Source of the DNA: a virus
Length of the DNA stretch: 64,000 nt
IMG/VR virus record: IMGVR_UViG_3300044716_001642
Coordinates: 70,418 to 134,417 of that record
Strand: one strand, 5' to 3'
Notes under the pieces: model-generated
Seen by the model: the letters and a program-made list of their open reading frames with translations, nothing else
Databases searched by the model: none
Told to the model about the DNA's origin: nothing
Shown: positions 1-8,196 of the stretch, piece by piece
Layout: each line of letters starts with the position of its first letter
Position numbering within the stretch: position 1 is the first letter of the stretch
Program-made: the position numbers and the translations under genes

Positions 1-70
1 CACTTCCAGAAATTGAAAGGAGAGCCCTGCCTTGAATTTTGGTATTTCCTTGTAGTTTAATGTTTGCCAT
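1..70 (-). CDS. Partial CDS (5' end only; runs off left edge), MANIKLQGNTKIQGRALLSISGS..., hypothetical
   Basis: Read manually: ATG at 70, open to position 1; TAGTGTA motif upstream at 110-116. Confidence 0.6.
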   Translation of the reverse strand, partial: MANIKLQGNTKIQGRALLSISGS

Positions 71-146
71 AATATTTTAAAAATTGTTTAGTTGTTTGTG
101 TACTTTATCTACACTATTACTTGTTTTTAGGAAGTTTTTTTTGAGA

Positions 147-539
147 TTACTTTATAAATTCCGCAAAATAAACGTCTCTATCTTCTAGTCTAACCCTAAC
201 TGCTTCTTTTGCGATCTGTAGAGGGTTGTCTTTGAATGCGCGAACTCTATAACTGCCCCAAAAATCATATGTCCATAATTGATTTTTTCCTTTTGGGTAC
301 ATATATGCAACTATTGCATGACCCTTTGGTTTCTTGGTTTTTGCGTCAATCCAGTGATATACAACTACTTCAGACCAAACATCATATTTTTGCAAGCCTT
401 CTCGAAAGGCAATTGCTGTGGGAAGACAGGCATTTTTTTTCGTTTCCATCCAAGATTCTGAGTTTGTTGGAGTTGTAGAGCAAGACATTAAACAAGCTCC
501 GATTAGTGCTAACAGTGTGTTTTTTATTTTCATATTCAT
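147..539 (-). CDS. Putative lipoprotein with transglutaminase/papain-like Cys-His-Asp motif
   Basis: Hydrophobic N-terminus with lipobox LMSC (C20); NAC38LPTAI...GH74AIV...WTYD92 spacing resembles transglutaminase-like cysteine proteases. Confidence 0.5.
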   Translation of the reverse strand: MNMKIKNTLLALIGACLMSCSTTPTNSESWMETKKNACLPTAIAFREGLQKYDVWSEVVVYHWIDAKTKKPKGHAIVAYMYPKGKNQLWTYDFWGSYRVRAFKDNPLQIAKEAVRVRLEDRDVYFAEFIK

Positions 540-543
540 AAAT

Positions 544-753
544 TTATCTTGGCAGGTATATTGCTTTTATTGCGGCTGGATCTTCTTTCTGGCAAATTTG
601 ATAATCACCATAATACCATTCAGAAACTTGCTCGCGTACAATTGTTTCTACTGCTTCTTGAGGAGTATCGTAATCTCCTTCGTAGCCATCTACAAGCACA
701 AGCGTTTCCGGATCTAGTTTTTGTAATACTTCAATTAGCTCTTTGACTTTCAT
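544..753 (-). CDS. Hypothetical protein (69 aa)
   Basis: Fits the gene-dense minus-strand run; MKVKELIEVLQKLDP N-terminus is typical of small phage proteins. Confidence 0.7.
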   Translation of the reverse strand: MKVKELIEVLQKLDPETLVLVDGYEGDYDTPQEAVETIVREQVSEWYYGDYQICQKEDPAAIKAIYLPR

Positions 754-1828
754 AATTTTGATTTATAAGTTTCGCCCACTGTTCTTTCGTTATTTCTTTA
801 TTATCTAAGACGCAAAATACAAGCGCCGAATTTTCCTTAAAGTTTTTTTTGATCATTAAAGCTTGTTCTTTTCTGGTTTCGACCATTCTTATATCATGTA
901 CCACCTCTAGAATATGGTCAATGTATTTTCTTGCCTTTTCTCCTGCTTCGCAAATTTTTTCAATTTCACTTTTTAACTGAACCGCAATCTCATAGTCGAA
1001 TTCAGTTTCAATTGTTTTATAGAATTCTTGATGCGCTGGCATTTCTTTATCGATATAAAGTTCAATTAAATTCTTAGTAGAGTTTAATTCTGATTTAACA
1101 GTGTGAACTAGTCGATACCAATCTGATTTCAGTTTTATTCTATTTTGCCCGTTGTTGTAGGAAATTACTACCCCCTCTTCGCCTTTCCATTTTTGAATAT
1201 GTTCGTATATTTTTGATAAGTCTCTTGCGTCGTTAAAATTATATGTCTTAGGCGTTGGGACAGTCCCAATTTTTCTCCAGATTTCAGTCAACTCCGGAGA
1301 TGGAACTACAGTCAAATCATCTTTGTTTATTGCGCCAAGAAGATAAAATTCAACTTCTTTTGGTCTAATAACTATAACATTGTTTGGCGTAACAATTTCA
1401 AACAAAATAGTGAGATGAGAATTTTGTTTTAAAAACTCTACTACATTTGGATATTTTTCAGGAAGTATTTCAAAATCTTTTGCATTGGCTAGGGTTGTAT
1501 AAGAAACGGTTCCTCTAGTTCTCATGGAAAATTGACCGTTCACATAGTCACAAATTACCAATGAGCCGTCTTTTTTTTCTTCATACTTCCAGTCACTAAA
1601 ATGTTCCGCATTTGGATAACAGTCTGGCTTTTCGCCATAATTAAAGAACTTTGGCCAGCCTGAAGATAGAACATTTGCCTGATTGTCAGTAATGAGGGAA
1701 CGATAAAATAAATTGCTACTATTCCATTTTGCATCCCTTTCTGGCGTTATCAAATAACAATCCAGACCACAAAATTTATTTGGAACAATATTAAAATACC
1801 CCTCTTCTATAGGAAGATTAACTTTCAT
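731..1828 (-). CDS. rnlA: RNA ligase, T4 Rnl1/RnlA-like
   Basis: Motif I EKKDGSL, upstream WPKFFNYGE, MRTRGT, LFEIV, EGVVI, IKLKSDWY. Confidence 0.85.
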   Translation of the reverse strand: MKVNLPIEEGYFNIVPNKFCGLDCYLITPERDAKWNSSNLFYRSLITDNQANVLSSGWPKFFNYGEKPDCYPNAEHFSDWKYEEKKDGSLVICDYVNGQFSMRTRGTVSYTTLANAKDFEILPEKYPNVVEFLKQNSHLTILFEIVTPNNVIVIRPKEVEFYLLGAINKDDLTVVPSPELTEIWRKIGTVPTPKTYNFNDARDLSKIYEHIQKWKGEEGVVISYNNGQNRIKLKSDWYRLVHTVKSELNSTKNLIELYIDKEMPAHQEFYKTIETEFDYEIAVQLKSEIEKICEAGEKARKYIDHILEVVHDIRMVETRKEQALMIKKNFKENSALVFCVLDNKEITKEQWAKLINQNYESQRAN

Positions 1829-2001
1829 GTTGATTACAATATATTTTTTTTACAAAAAATCAAAACAAATATTAGAACCAATATAAATAACGCTCATCTT
1901 GTATTTTTAAACTAATGCAGTTTTTTTTAAAATATTAAATAAATATAAATAATTCTAATCGTAACTGGATAAAGTTGCTCAGGTCTTGGGACGCGGAAGT
2001 T

Positions 2002-4053
2002 TTAGTTCGGAGTAAATGTCGCAGTAAGCGTTGACGAAGAAGTGTTGCTGTATCCATCTTCGCCATTCCATCCTGGGCACCACGTTCCAAATCCTACGAG
2101 GGACCGTCCGTCTACAACGATGGTCACACTATTTGGATATCCACATGGAGAGCTTTCCAAATCCGATGAGGCTTCGTGACCGCCGCCAGATAATGCTATG
2201 TAATAAAACCCGTCCTGTTCGCCAAGTTGATAGGAGATACTGCCAGAAATATAATAATCAACGGTATATGGATCGCTGCCTTCATAAGTATACGTCGCAT
2301 AAGCCGGACCAGACGCACTGACTGAGCCAGAACATCCAGAGGTTGATCCAGAGCCATTAAACGATCCGGAACCCTCAGAAGTCTTGCCATCAGCCGCCTC
2401 GCTCTCTGCGAAAGTCCCGCTCAACGTCCATGTTCCGCCGTTCTTATAAGCTAGATATTCTGCTTCACTTATCTCGAAAACATTTTTCCCAGAAGGTACT
2501 CCGTTACAAGATTCAATGCCACATTTATAACATTCATAGCAAGGGTAATCTCCCGTTCCGCTAGACGTCAGCACTATCTCCCCCTCTGGACATTGGAGAC
2601 CCGTTTCCACGTCATAAGAAGGATATGAACTTGACCATCCATTTTCAGTATCACACTCACAACATGTCCAGCATGTAATTCCTAGTGAGCTGCCTTCCAC
2701 GAACGTAACGTATGGTATATGATCACCCTCTGAGCACGGCAGGTTTTCTGGATAATATTCGGACCCACTAGGACAAGTGCAGTTTTTAGTCCCATAGACG
2801 TCTACATCATAATCGTCCTTGCATCCATTTGAATCCCTCCAGGTTCCAGGCTCGAAATTAGGGTTTCCCTGCGCGTCAAATGCGCAAATATTCTCTGGAG
2901 ATAATAAACCTCCACTGCTGTCCACAAGTATCCAATCTGGCACGCCATTTGGATCTTTTGCGCATTTGTAGCAGTCTACACTTGTTTTATCGTGATTTGG
3001 AGGACAAGTTTTTGTGAATTTTGTTGAAATTTCGCAATCACCTTCACAAGACGAACTATCAAAAGGTTCTTCGGGATAACCAAAATCAGAGCATGTGCAG
3101 CACAATGGCAAGCAAGAGGTAGTGACGCTATCTACAAAATCAATATGGCAACTCACGCCATTTAAACCTACGATATTTTTACCTCCCCAAACGCTTACAA
3201 CAGTAGTGGCTGACCCGGCTGCTGCGCAACTACCATTATACGTATAATCAATAGTAGTATTTTCTCCAATGGCGCCGCCGAATGAACCTGTCAATGTCTG
3301 ACCATTTGTTGTTACTTTTACAAAGTACGCGTCTCCATCGCAATTTCCGCTGTTTGAACCAATACTTACAGCGATTGCCGCTACATGAGTAACTTGACCT
3401 GTTGAGCCGCCATATTCATTGTGGCAAGTAGCTGTATCAAGAGAACTGGCTGAAACCGAAACGCTACTTGGGTAGGTTGGGTCCTTTGGCTCCGATGGAC
3501 CGGGGCTAGGACCAGGACCAGGACCAGGACCAGGACCCGTTGGTTGCTCTGTACCACCAGGGCCAGGGCCGGGGCCGCCGGGACCGGGGAAGGGACCGGG
3601 ACCTGTTTGTGTTGGTGGTTCTTCTGTTTCTGTTGGTGGTGGTTCTTCTGTTTCTGTTGGTGGTGGTTCTTCTGTGTCCGTTGGTGATGGCTCTTCTGTT
3701 TCTGTTGGTGATGGCTCTTCTGTTTCTGTTGGCGATGGTTCTTCTGTTTCTGTTGAGGTTTCCGTGCCTGACTCGGTTTCAGACTCGGTTTCAGATTCGG
3801 TTTCAGATTCGGTTTCAGATTCGGTTTCAGTAGGGGTTTCGGTTGGAAGTATAATGGATATGCTATTTGTACATGGTCCTGTGATTGATTTTATTACAAT
3901 TTCTTCTGAATCGTCTGAAACGCCAAGGACGAAACCTGCCAAAAGTTCTGCTTTTGTGAATATAACTTCCGTTTCAGATGGATATATGGTCGCGGACAGC
4001 AAGTCTCCAGTGTCCTCGCCAATTCCGCTTTCAGATTTCAAATAAACATCCAT
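2002..4053 (-). CDS. Large low-complexity, Cys-rich protein (683 aa), possibly a virion surface protein
   Basis: ETES x5, TETEEP(S/P)P-type x6, Gly-Pro run, then a Cys-rich region; function is inferred only. Confidence 0.75.
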   Translation of the reverse strand: MDVYLKSESGIGEDTGDLLSATIYPSETEVIFTKAELLAGFVLGVSDDSEEIVIKSITGPCTNSISIILPTETPTETESETESETESETESETESGTETSTETEEPSPTETEEPSPTETEEPSPTDTEEPPPTETEEPPPTETEEPPTQTGPGPFPGPGGPGPGPGGTEQPTGPGPGPGPGPSPGPSEPKDPTYPSSVSVSASSLDTATCHNEYGGSTGQVTHVAAIAVSIGSNSGNCDGDAYFVKVTTNGQTLTGSFGGAIGENTTIDYTYNGSCAAAGSATTVVSVWGGKNIVGLNGVSCHIDFVDSVTTSCLPLCCTCSDFGYPEEPFDSSSCEGDCEISTKFTKTCPPNHDKTSVDCYKCAKDPNGVPDWILVDSSGGLLSPENICAFDAQGNPNFEPGTWRDSNGCKDDYDVDVYGTKNCTCPSGSEYYPENLPCSEGDHIPYVTFVEGSSLGITCWTCCECDTENGWSSSYPSYDVETGLQCPEGEIVLTSSGTGDYPCYECYKCGIESCNGVPSGKNVFEISEAEYLAYKNGGTWTLSGTFAESEAADGKTSEGSGSFNGSGSTSGCSGSVSASGPAYATYTYEGSDPYTVDYYISGSISYQLGEQDGFYYIALSGGGHEASSDLESSPCGYPNSVTIVVDGRSLVGFGTWCPGWNGEDGYSNTSSSTLTATFTPN
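3610..3753 (-). repeat. Six imperfect 24-bp tandem repeats encoding T(E/D)TEEP(S/P)(P/T)
   Basis: Direct inspection of DNA and protein. Confidence 0.9.
3770..3829 (-). repeat. Five 12-bp tandem repeats (ga(c/t)tcggtttca on +) encoding ETES
   Basis: Direct inspection. Confidence 0.9.
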
Positions 4054-4163
4054 ATGTTGAAGTTACACTTGTTTTTTATAAATTAAAAAAAAACTTACTA
4101 TAATGTATTTTTTTTTAAAAAAATAGATAATATATGAATATAATATAATTAAATAATAAAACT

Positions 4164-4850
4164 ATGGAAGAAAAAAAAGAAATATTCGAAAATGCCGATG
4201 AAACATTTAAATCGTTAGTTGATTTAAAAAGTAATTTTGAAAGACCCGTGCTGGGACCTTCTTTGATTAATATTTTTGAATCAGTGTCTAAGTTTAATGA
4301 AGAAAACAAAAACTTTATTACCAATCTTTATAAACCACACGAATCTGTTTACGAAGATGTTATTAGCTCATTTGAAAATCCCAATTGCACTTGTAGAAAA
4401 AGATTTATAGATTTTATAGAAAATAATATAGAAATTTCTAAAAATGTATTTTTTTCATTGTTGGCTTTCTTAAGCAAGAAAGATTGCGAAACTATTCTGG
4501 ATAGATTGAAATCTTTTTACAAGCATTATAAAACATTAAGCGAAGAGCAAAATGCCAAAAAAACGGAAGAGAAAAATTCCGACCTTGGTACTGCGGGCGG
4601 TAGTGAAGCGGGAACCGAGCAATTAGCATACAAAGTATCTCAAGAAAATGTGGAAGCGAAAAAGGGGGCGACTGCTCAGAATAATAATTCTGTTGAAGCT
4701 TCCTCCTATATTGGAAGAAGTTTTATTATAGAAAAAACTCAAGAAGCATACGCTAGTTTTTTTGAAACTTTGCTAAAAGATAAAATTCAATATAATGGCA
4801 TTTCAGTCATGCCGTACAATCTAAATCAGATGATGATAGTTTTTTATTGA
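4164..4850 (+). CDS. Hypothetical protein (228 aa)
   Basis: Long ORF filling the gap, divergent from 2002..4053; AT-rich upstream region. Confidence 0.75.
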   Translation: MEEKKEIFENADETFKSLVDLKSNFERPVLGPSLINIFESVSKFNEENKNFITNLYKPHESVYEDVISSFENPNCTCRKRFIDFIENNIEISKNVFFSLLAFLSKKDCETILDRLKSFYKHYKTLSEEQNAKKTEEKNSDLGTAGGSEAGTEQLAYKVSQENVEAKKGATAQNNNSVEASSYIGRSFIIEKTQEAYASFFETLLKDKIQYNGISVMPYNLNQMMIVFY

Positions 4851-4874
4851 AATTAAATTCAATTTAAAATTGCA

Positions 4875-5594
4875 TCATAAAATGATGTTACCCCAAATTT
4901 CGTTAATGTCCAACAATTTGTGTTTGCATCCATTGATTTCTTCAGTCCAAGAACTATGAAAGTGACCATATAGATGAAGGTATGGTTTGCATAATTTAAA
5001 AATTTCATCCATTATTACTCTTTCGTTACTAAGATCTCCAATAAGATAAGCATCCTCCAATGCCCAACCATAAACCATTTCATTAAACTGTTGCGGAAAA
5101 CACCAAGAAGGAGCAGTGTGAGTTACAAGAATATCAACTTTTTTGCATTTATCTCTGTCTAATTTAACAGCCTCGTCTTCCCAGTATGAAACACCTTCTT
5201 TTCTGGCAGTTCTGTCAATAGAAACAGCGCCGCCAATAAATTGAATTTTTTTACCATTATATTCTGCAACAGTATAATCTTCAATTAGTTCAAAATTACT
5301 TAAAGAAACTCTGTTAGCGCCTTGAAAGTAAGCTGGGTCATCATGATTTCCCCTGGCCGCCATAAAAACGATATTTCTTTCTTTAAACTCTTCATTTAGC
5401 CAATGATTATTTTTTTCTTGATTTTCTTTATTGGTAAAACCAATGCCCGAATCTCCAACGCTAATCAAATAGCAGTCGCTTATTTTTTTAGCATCTACAA
5501 TATCAAGAAGATACGACCATTCGCCATGATGATCTCCTAGAAATAACAGCGGCTTGTTTTTATTTAAAATTTTAGTATTACCATTCATCTCCAT
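4875..5594 (-). CDS. Calcineurin-like metallophosphoesterase
   Basis: GDHHG, VGDSG, RGNHDD, VTHTAP and YGHFH metal-binding motifs. Confidence 0.9.
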   Translation of the reverse strand: MEMNGNTKILNKNKPLLFLGDHHGEWSYLLDIVDAKKISDCYLISVGDSGIGFTNKENQEKNNHWLNEEFKERNIVFMAARGNHDDPAYFQGANRVSLSNFELIEDYTVAEYNGKKIQFIGGAVSIDRTARKEGVSYWEDEAVKLDRDKCKKVDILVTHTAPSWCFPQQFNEMVYGWALEDAYLIGDLSNERVIMDEIFKLCKPYLHLYGHFHSSWTEEINGCKHKLLDINEIWGNIIL

Positions 5595-5862
5595 TATCTT
5601 CCTCTTGAAATTTTTTCTCTTCTTCTATTTTTTCTATCAATATATTTTTTAAACCAACAAGAGCTTCGCCGTAGGAGGCAAATTCTTCTACAATATCTCC
5701 TAGAATATAGCCCCAATGTTGAACATTATACTTTGGAGGTTGACCATAACTCCATTTTATTTCGACATACCAATGACAACATTTGTCCTTGTGGTGGCGA
5801 GGCCCTATTAATAAATACCATTCGTCAGACAATTTTGTAATTTCTTCAATAATGCTTTCCAT
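5578..5862 (-). CDS. Hypothetical protein (94 aa)
   Basis: Tightly packed ORF in the operon. Confidence 0.7.
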   Translation of the reverse strand: MESIIEEITKLSDEWYLLIGPRHHKDKCCHWYVEIKWSYGQPPKYNVQHWGYILGDIVEEFASYGEALVGLKNILIEKIEEEKKFQEEDNGDEW

Positions 5863-5864
5863 AA

Positions 5865-6497
5865 TCAGTCCATTAAATATGGTTCTTCTACGATAACATA
5901 GTAAGTGCCTGCAATTTTTTCTATTTTCGTTTTTCTGCCTTTTGGTAAAGGTTTATTTTTAAATACCTTATCAACTGTCTCCCAAACTAAGTTGAAGTTT
6001 TTACTCTTCATGGCTTCGTCCATTCGATCTTGATACCTAGGCGGAATCATAAATTGTTTTTGTGGCTTCCAATAGCCTTTTTCATCTAAAATTTTTGGAA
6101 TAGGTACTTTAGAACTTTGAAATGGTCCGTCGCCAGAAACGTCACAAATTCTTCTGTATCCATCGTTTCTTTGATAGTGAAGAAACTGCTCAATAGTCTT
6201 TTTAATTTCCCATGCTACGGTGCCGTCTTTCATTTTTTCACAGCCAACGCCATAATAAGAATTACGATTCTCCATCAATTCTTTTTCTTTATGGAAAACG
6301 ATAGTTCTCACCATGCTTTCCAATACCTCGCCATCTTGGTAAGTTAATTCTTTATCCCAAAACGCGGCATCCATAGCAAACTTAATCTGACCAGAGCGCA
6401 AACGAGAGTAGACTTCCAAAGCATTTGCTAGTGTTCCAAGATGCTGTTCGTCAAACTCTATAGATACTTTTTTAGATGGTTTGTTTTTCTTTTTCAT
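5865..6497 (-). CDS. Hypothetical protein (210 aa)
   Basis: Tightly packed ORF in the operon. Confidence 0.75.
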   Translation of the reverse strand: MKKKNKPSKKVSIEFDEQHLGTLANALEVYSRLRSGQIKFAMDAAFWDKELTYQDGEVLESMVRTIVFHKEKELMENRNSYYGVGCEKMKDGTVAWEIKKTIEQFLHYQRNDGYRRICDVSGDGPFQSSKVPIPKILDEKGYWKPQKQFMIPPRYQDRMDEAMKSKNFNLVWETVDKVFKNKPLPKGRKTKIEKIAGTYYVIVEEPYLMD

Positions 6498-6760
6498 TTT
6501 TCGATTGGGCTAAAATAAATTTTAGGATCTCTTCTAATGTAGGATGAATTTGAATCAATGTCAATAGTAACATACCAAGATCTATTGCCGACGGTTGCAA
6601 TTTTCTTATCTAGGTGTTCAGATTTACTAAGAATATTCATGTATTCTTTATGGGCTTTATCTTTTAGCTCGCTTGCTTTTTCATAAGCTTTTTTAGCTTT
6701 AAAAATTTGATTGAATGAAGTGAGCTTTTCTTTTTTGATTTCGGAGTTTTTAGTTTTCAT
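6494..6760 (-). CDS. Hypothetical protein (88 aa)
   Basis: 4-nt overlap with the next gene; sigma70-like promoter upstream. Confidence 0.7.
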   Translation of the reverse strand: MKTKNSEIKKEKLTSFNQIFKAKKAYEKASELKDKAHKEYMNILSKSEHLDKKIATVGNRSWYVTIDIDSNSSYIRRDPKIYFSPIEK

Positions 6761-6777
6761 TTTTAACCTTCAAATTA

Positions 6778-6806
6778 AGAATAATTTGTTTTTTATTAAA
6801 TGTCAA
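6778..6806 (-). promoter_or_regulatory. Sigma70-like promoter TTGACA-N17-TATTCT
   Basis: Perfect -35 hexamer, 17-nt spacer, just upstream of the ATG at 6760. Confidence 0.65.
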
Positions 6807-6821
6807 TATGTTTTAAAAAAA

Positions 6822-7418
6822 TCAAAAGGGGTTTTTGTTGTTTTCTATTATTATTTTTATAAAATTTAAAGTTTCTTCATGGGACATGGTATTTTTTGCG
6901 TAATTTATATTTCTGCTTACAAATTGAATGTTTTCTTTTGTGTAAGGTCTGGAAGAGTCAATTCTATCAACTGACGCCATATTGTAAGAAATGTCCGGAT
7001 TGGGGTTGGAGTTTGTTGGTAATTTTAATTTAATTTTGGTATAAGGGCAAATCCCATTCTGCTTATGCCACACTTCTTTCAGGTCTTCTATAACAAGGAA
7101 AGATTCCTTCCTGTTTGAATTATTATTTATCATTCTAAATAAATATTTGAACTCTCTATTTTCTTTAGAATGAAAATCTCCGCCTTTATTTAAAATTCCG
7201 CTTTCTAAAAGCTTATAGGCTCTAATTTTTGACAATTTATTTAATTCTGGAGTATTTCTTTTACATCCGCATCCCTTTATTCTATTCCTTTTCAAATCTT
7301 GAAAATTGCATTCTTTTGTTTTTCCGCATTCACATTCGCATTTGACGATTTTATTAGAAATAATTTCTAATATTTTCATGCTATTTATCTTTTGCCCAAT
7401 AAAGCTTTTATTTTTCAT
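6822..7418 (-). CDS. HNH-type homing endonuclease-like protein
   Basis: CECECG...GCGC N-terminal module; C-terminal GICPYT...ASVDRIDSSRPYTKENIQFVSRNINYAKN. Start moved from 7454 to the second Met (7418) because the first ATG lies in the T/A homopolymer run. Confidence 0.75.
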   Translation of the reverse strand: MKNKSFIGQKINSMKILEIISNKIVKCECECGKTKECNFQDLKRNRIKGCGCKRNTPELNKLSKIRAYKLLESGILNKGGDFHSKENREFKYLFRMINNNSNRKESFLVIEDLKEVWHKQNGICPYTKIKLKLPTNSNPNPDISYNMASVDRIDSSRPYTKENIQFVSRNINYAKNTMSHEETLNFIKIIIENNKNPF

Positions 7419-7480
7419 AATAAATATTATTGAGTAAACTCCGCACAACTCCATTTTTTTTTTTTTTAAAAAAAAAATTT

Positions 7481-7894
7481 TGGAGGCGAGAGGGGTCGAA
7501 CCTCTGTCTTTATAATATCATCTAAAAGATGCTACATGCTTTAATATATTCAATTTATAAGGTATCTTGGCATATTAACCAACCTTGATATTTTATAGCT
7601 ATATCATGCTCTGTATTAGTTTTTCTATGATCTCTAACAGTTCATCAAAACCTCTGCAATTCAAAACGGATTTAGAGGATTACCGTTAGGCTTTTAAGCG
7701 GCGAGAGCGCAGGACTCTTCTTCAAAACCGGCGAGAAACTCGTCAGCATTGTTGAATATGTATTCAGCTTCGGCTAAAAGATCAGAAGTATTGTCTTCTG
7801 CATTTAGTTTTTTAATCGATTTTTAAAGAGGCCATCGATTAACCTCTACATGCACTTTTAGATTTCGATTACAAATCGAAACCAGTACGCCCCC
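7481..7894 (-). ncRNA. ssrA: tmRNA (transfer-messenger RNA)
   Basis: 5' GGGGGCGTACTGGTTTCGA pairs with 3' CGCCTCC-A giving a 7-bp acceptor stem with G3-U70; T-arm AGAGG-TTCGACC-CCTCT; internal tag ORF ends ...ALAA-stop; CCA not encoded. Confidence 0.93.
7694..7801 (-). other. tmRNA tag reading frame (A)AEDNTSDLLAEAEYIFNNADEFLAGFEEESCALAA*
   Basis: Resume GCA after AAAACTAAAT; 35 codons then TAA at 7696-7694. The resume codon is inferred by analogy with bacterial tmRNAs. Confidence 0.8.
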
Positions 7895-7897
7895 ATA

Positions 7898-7910
7898 ATT
7901 TCAAAGAACA
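7898..7910 (-). promoter_or_regulatory. boxA-like antitermination element TGTTCTTTGAAAT
   Basis: Resembles the rRNA-operon boxA; ends 3 nt before the tmRNA 5' end. Confidence 0.45.
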
Positions 7911-8010
7911 ATTGCTAGAAAGCTTTTCATTGGCTACCGTGTTTTTAACACGCTGGACGAAATTTACTTTTCAACCCTGCCTAATCGGGTCTAGCATAAG
8001 AATATATACA

Positions 8011-8196
8011 CTAAAATAGAGACTCAAAGTCTTTAATTAATTTATTTGCATCATCCTCTAGCTCACTTAATCCAACGAGCAACTCTTTTGCTCTACCTGA
8101 GTCCTCATAATAATGATCTAATGTTTTATCTTTCATTTCTTTTATTGAGCTAATTATTTCAGAAACTTCAATGATATGTGAATATGCATCTTTCAT
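8011..8196 (-). CDS. Hypothetical protein (61 aa)
   Basis: Start overlaps the stop of the RNA ligase (TAATG). Confidence 0.7.
   Translation of the reverse strand: MKDAYSHIIEVSEIISSIKEMKDKTLDHYYEDSGRAKELLVGLSELEDDANKLIKDFESLF

Noticed and set aside
3505-3829. Short tandem repeats as a possible CRISPR array
   Set aside because: Units are in-frame coding repeats with no unique spacers; no cas operon (the Cas4-like nuclease sits in the replication module).
7454-7477. T14-A10 homopolymer palindrome (similar runs near 4085-4123)
   Set aside because: Could be a terminator or processing signal, but run length may be a sequencing artefact; not supportable as a separate feature.
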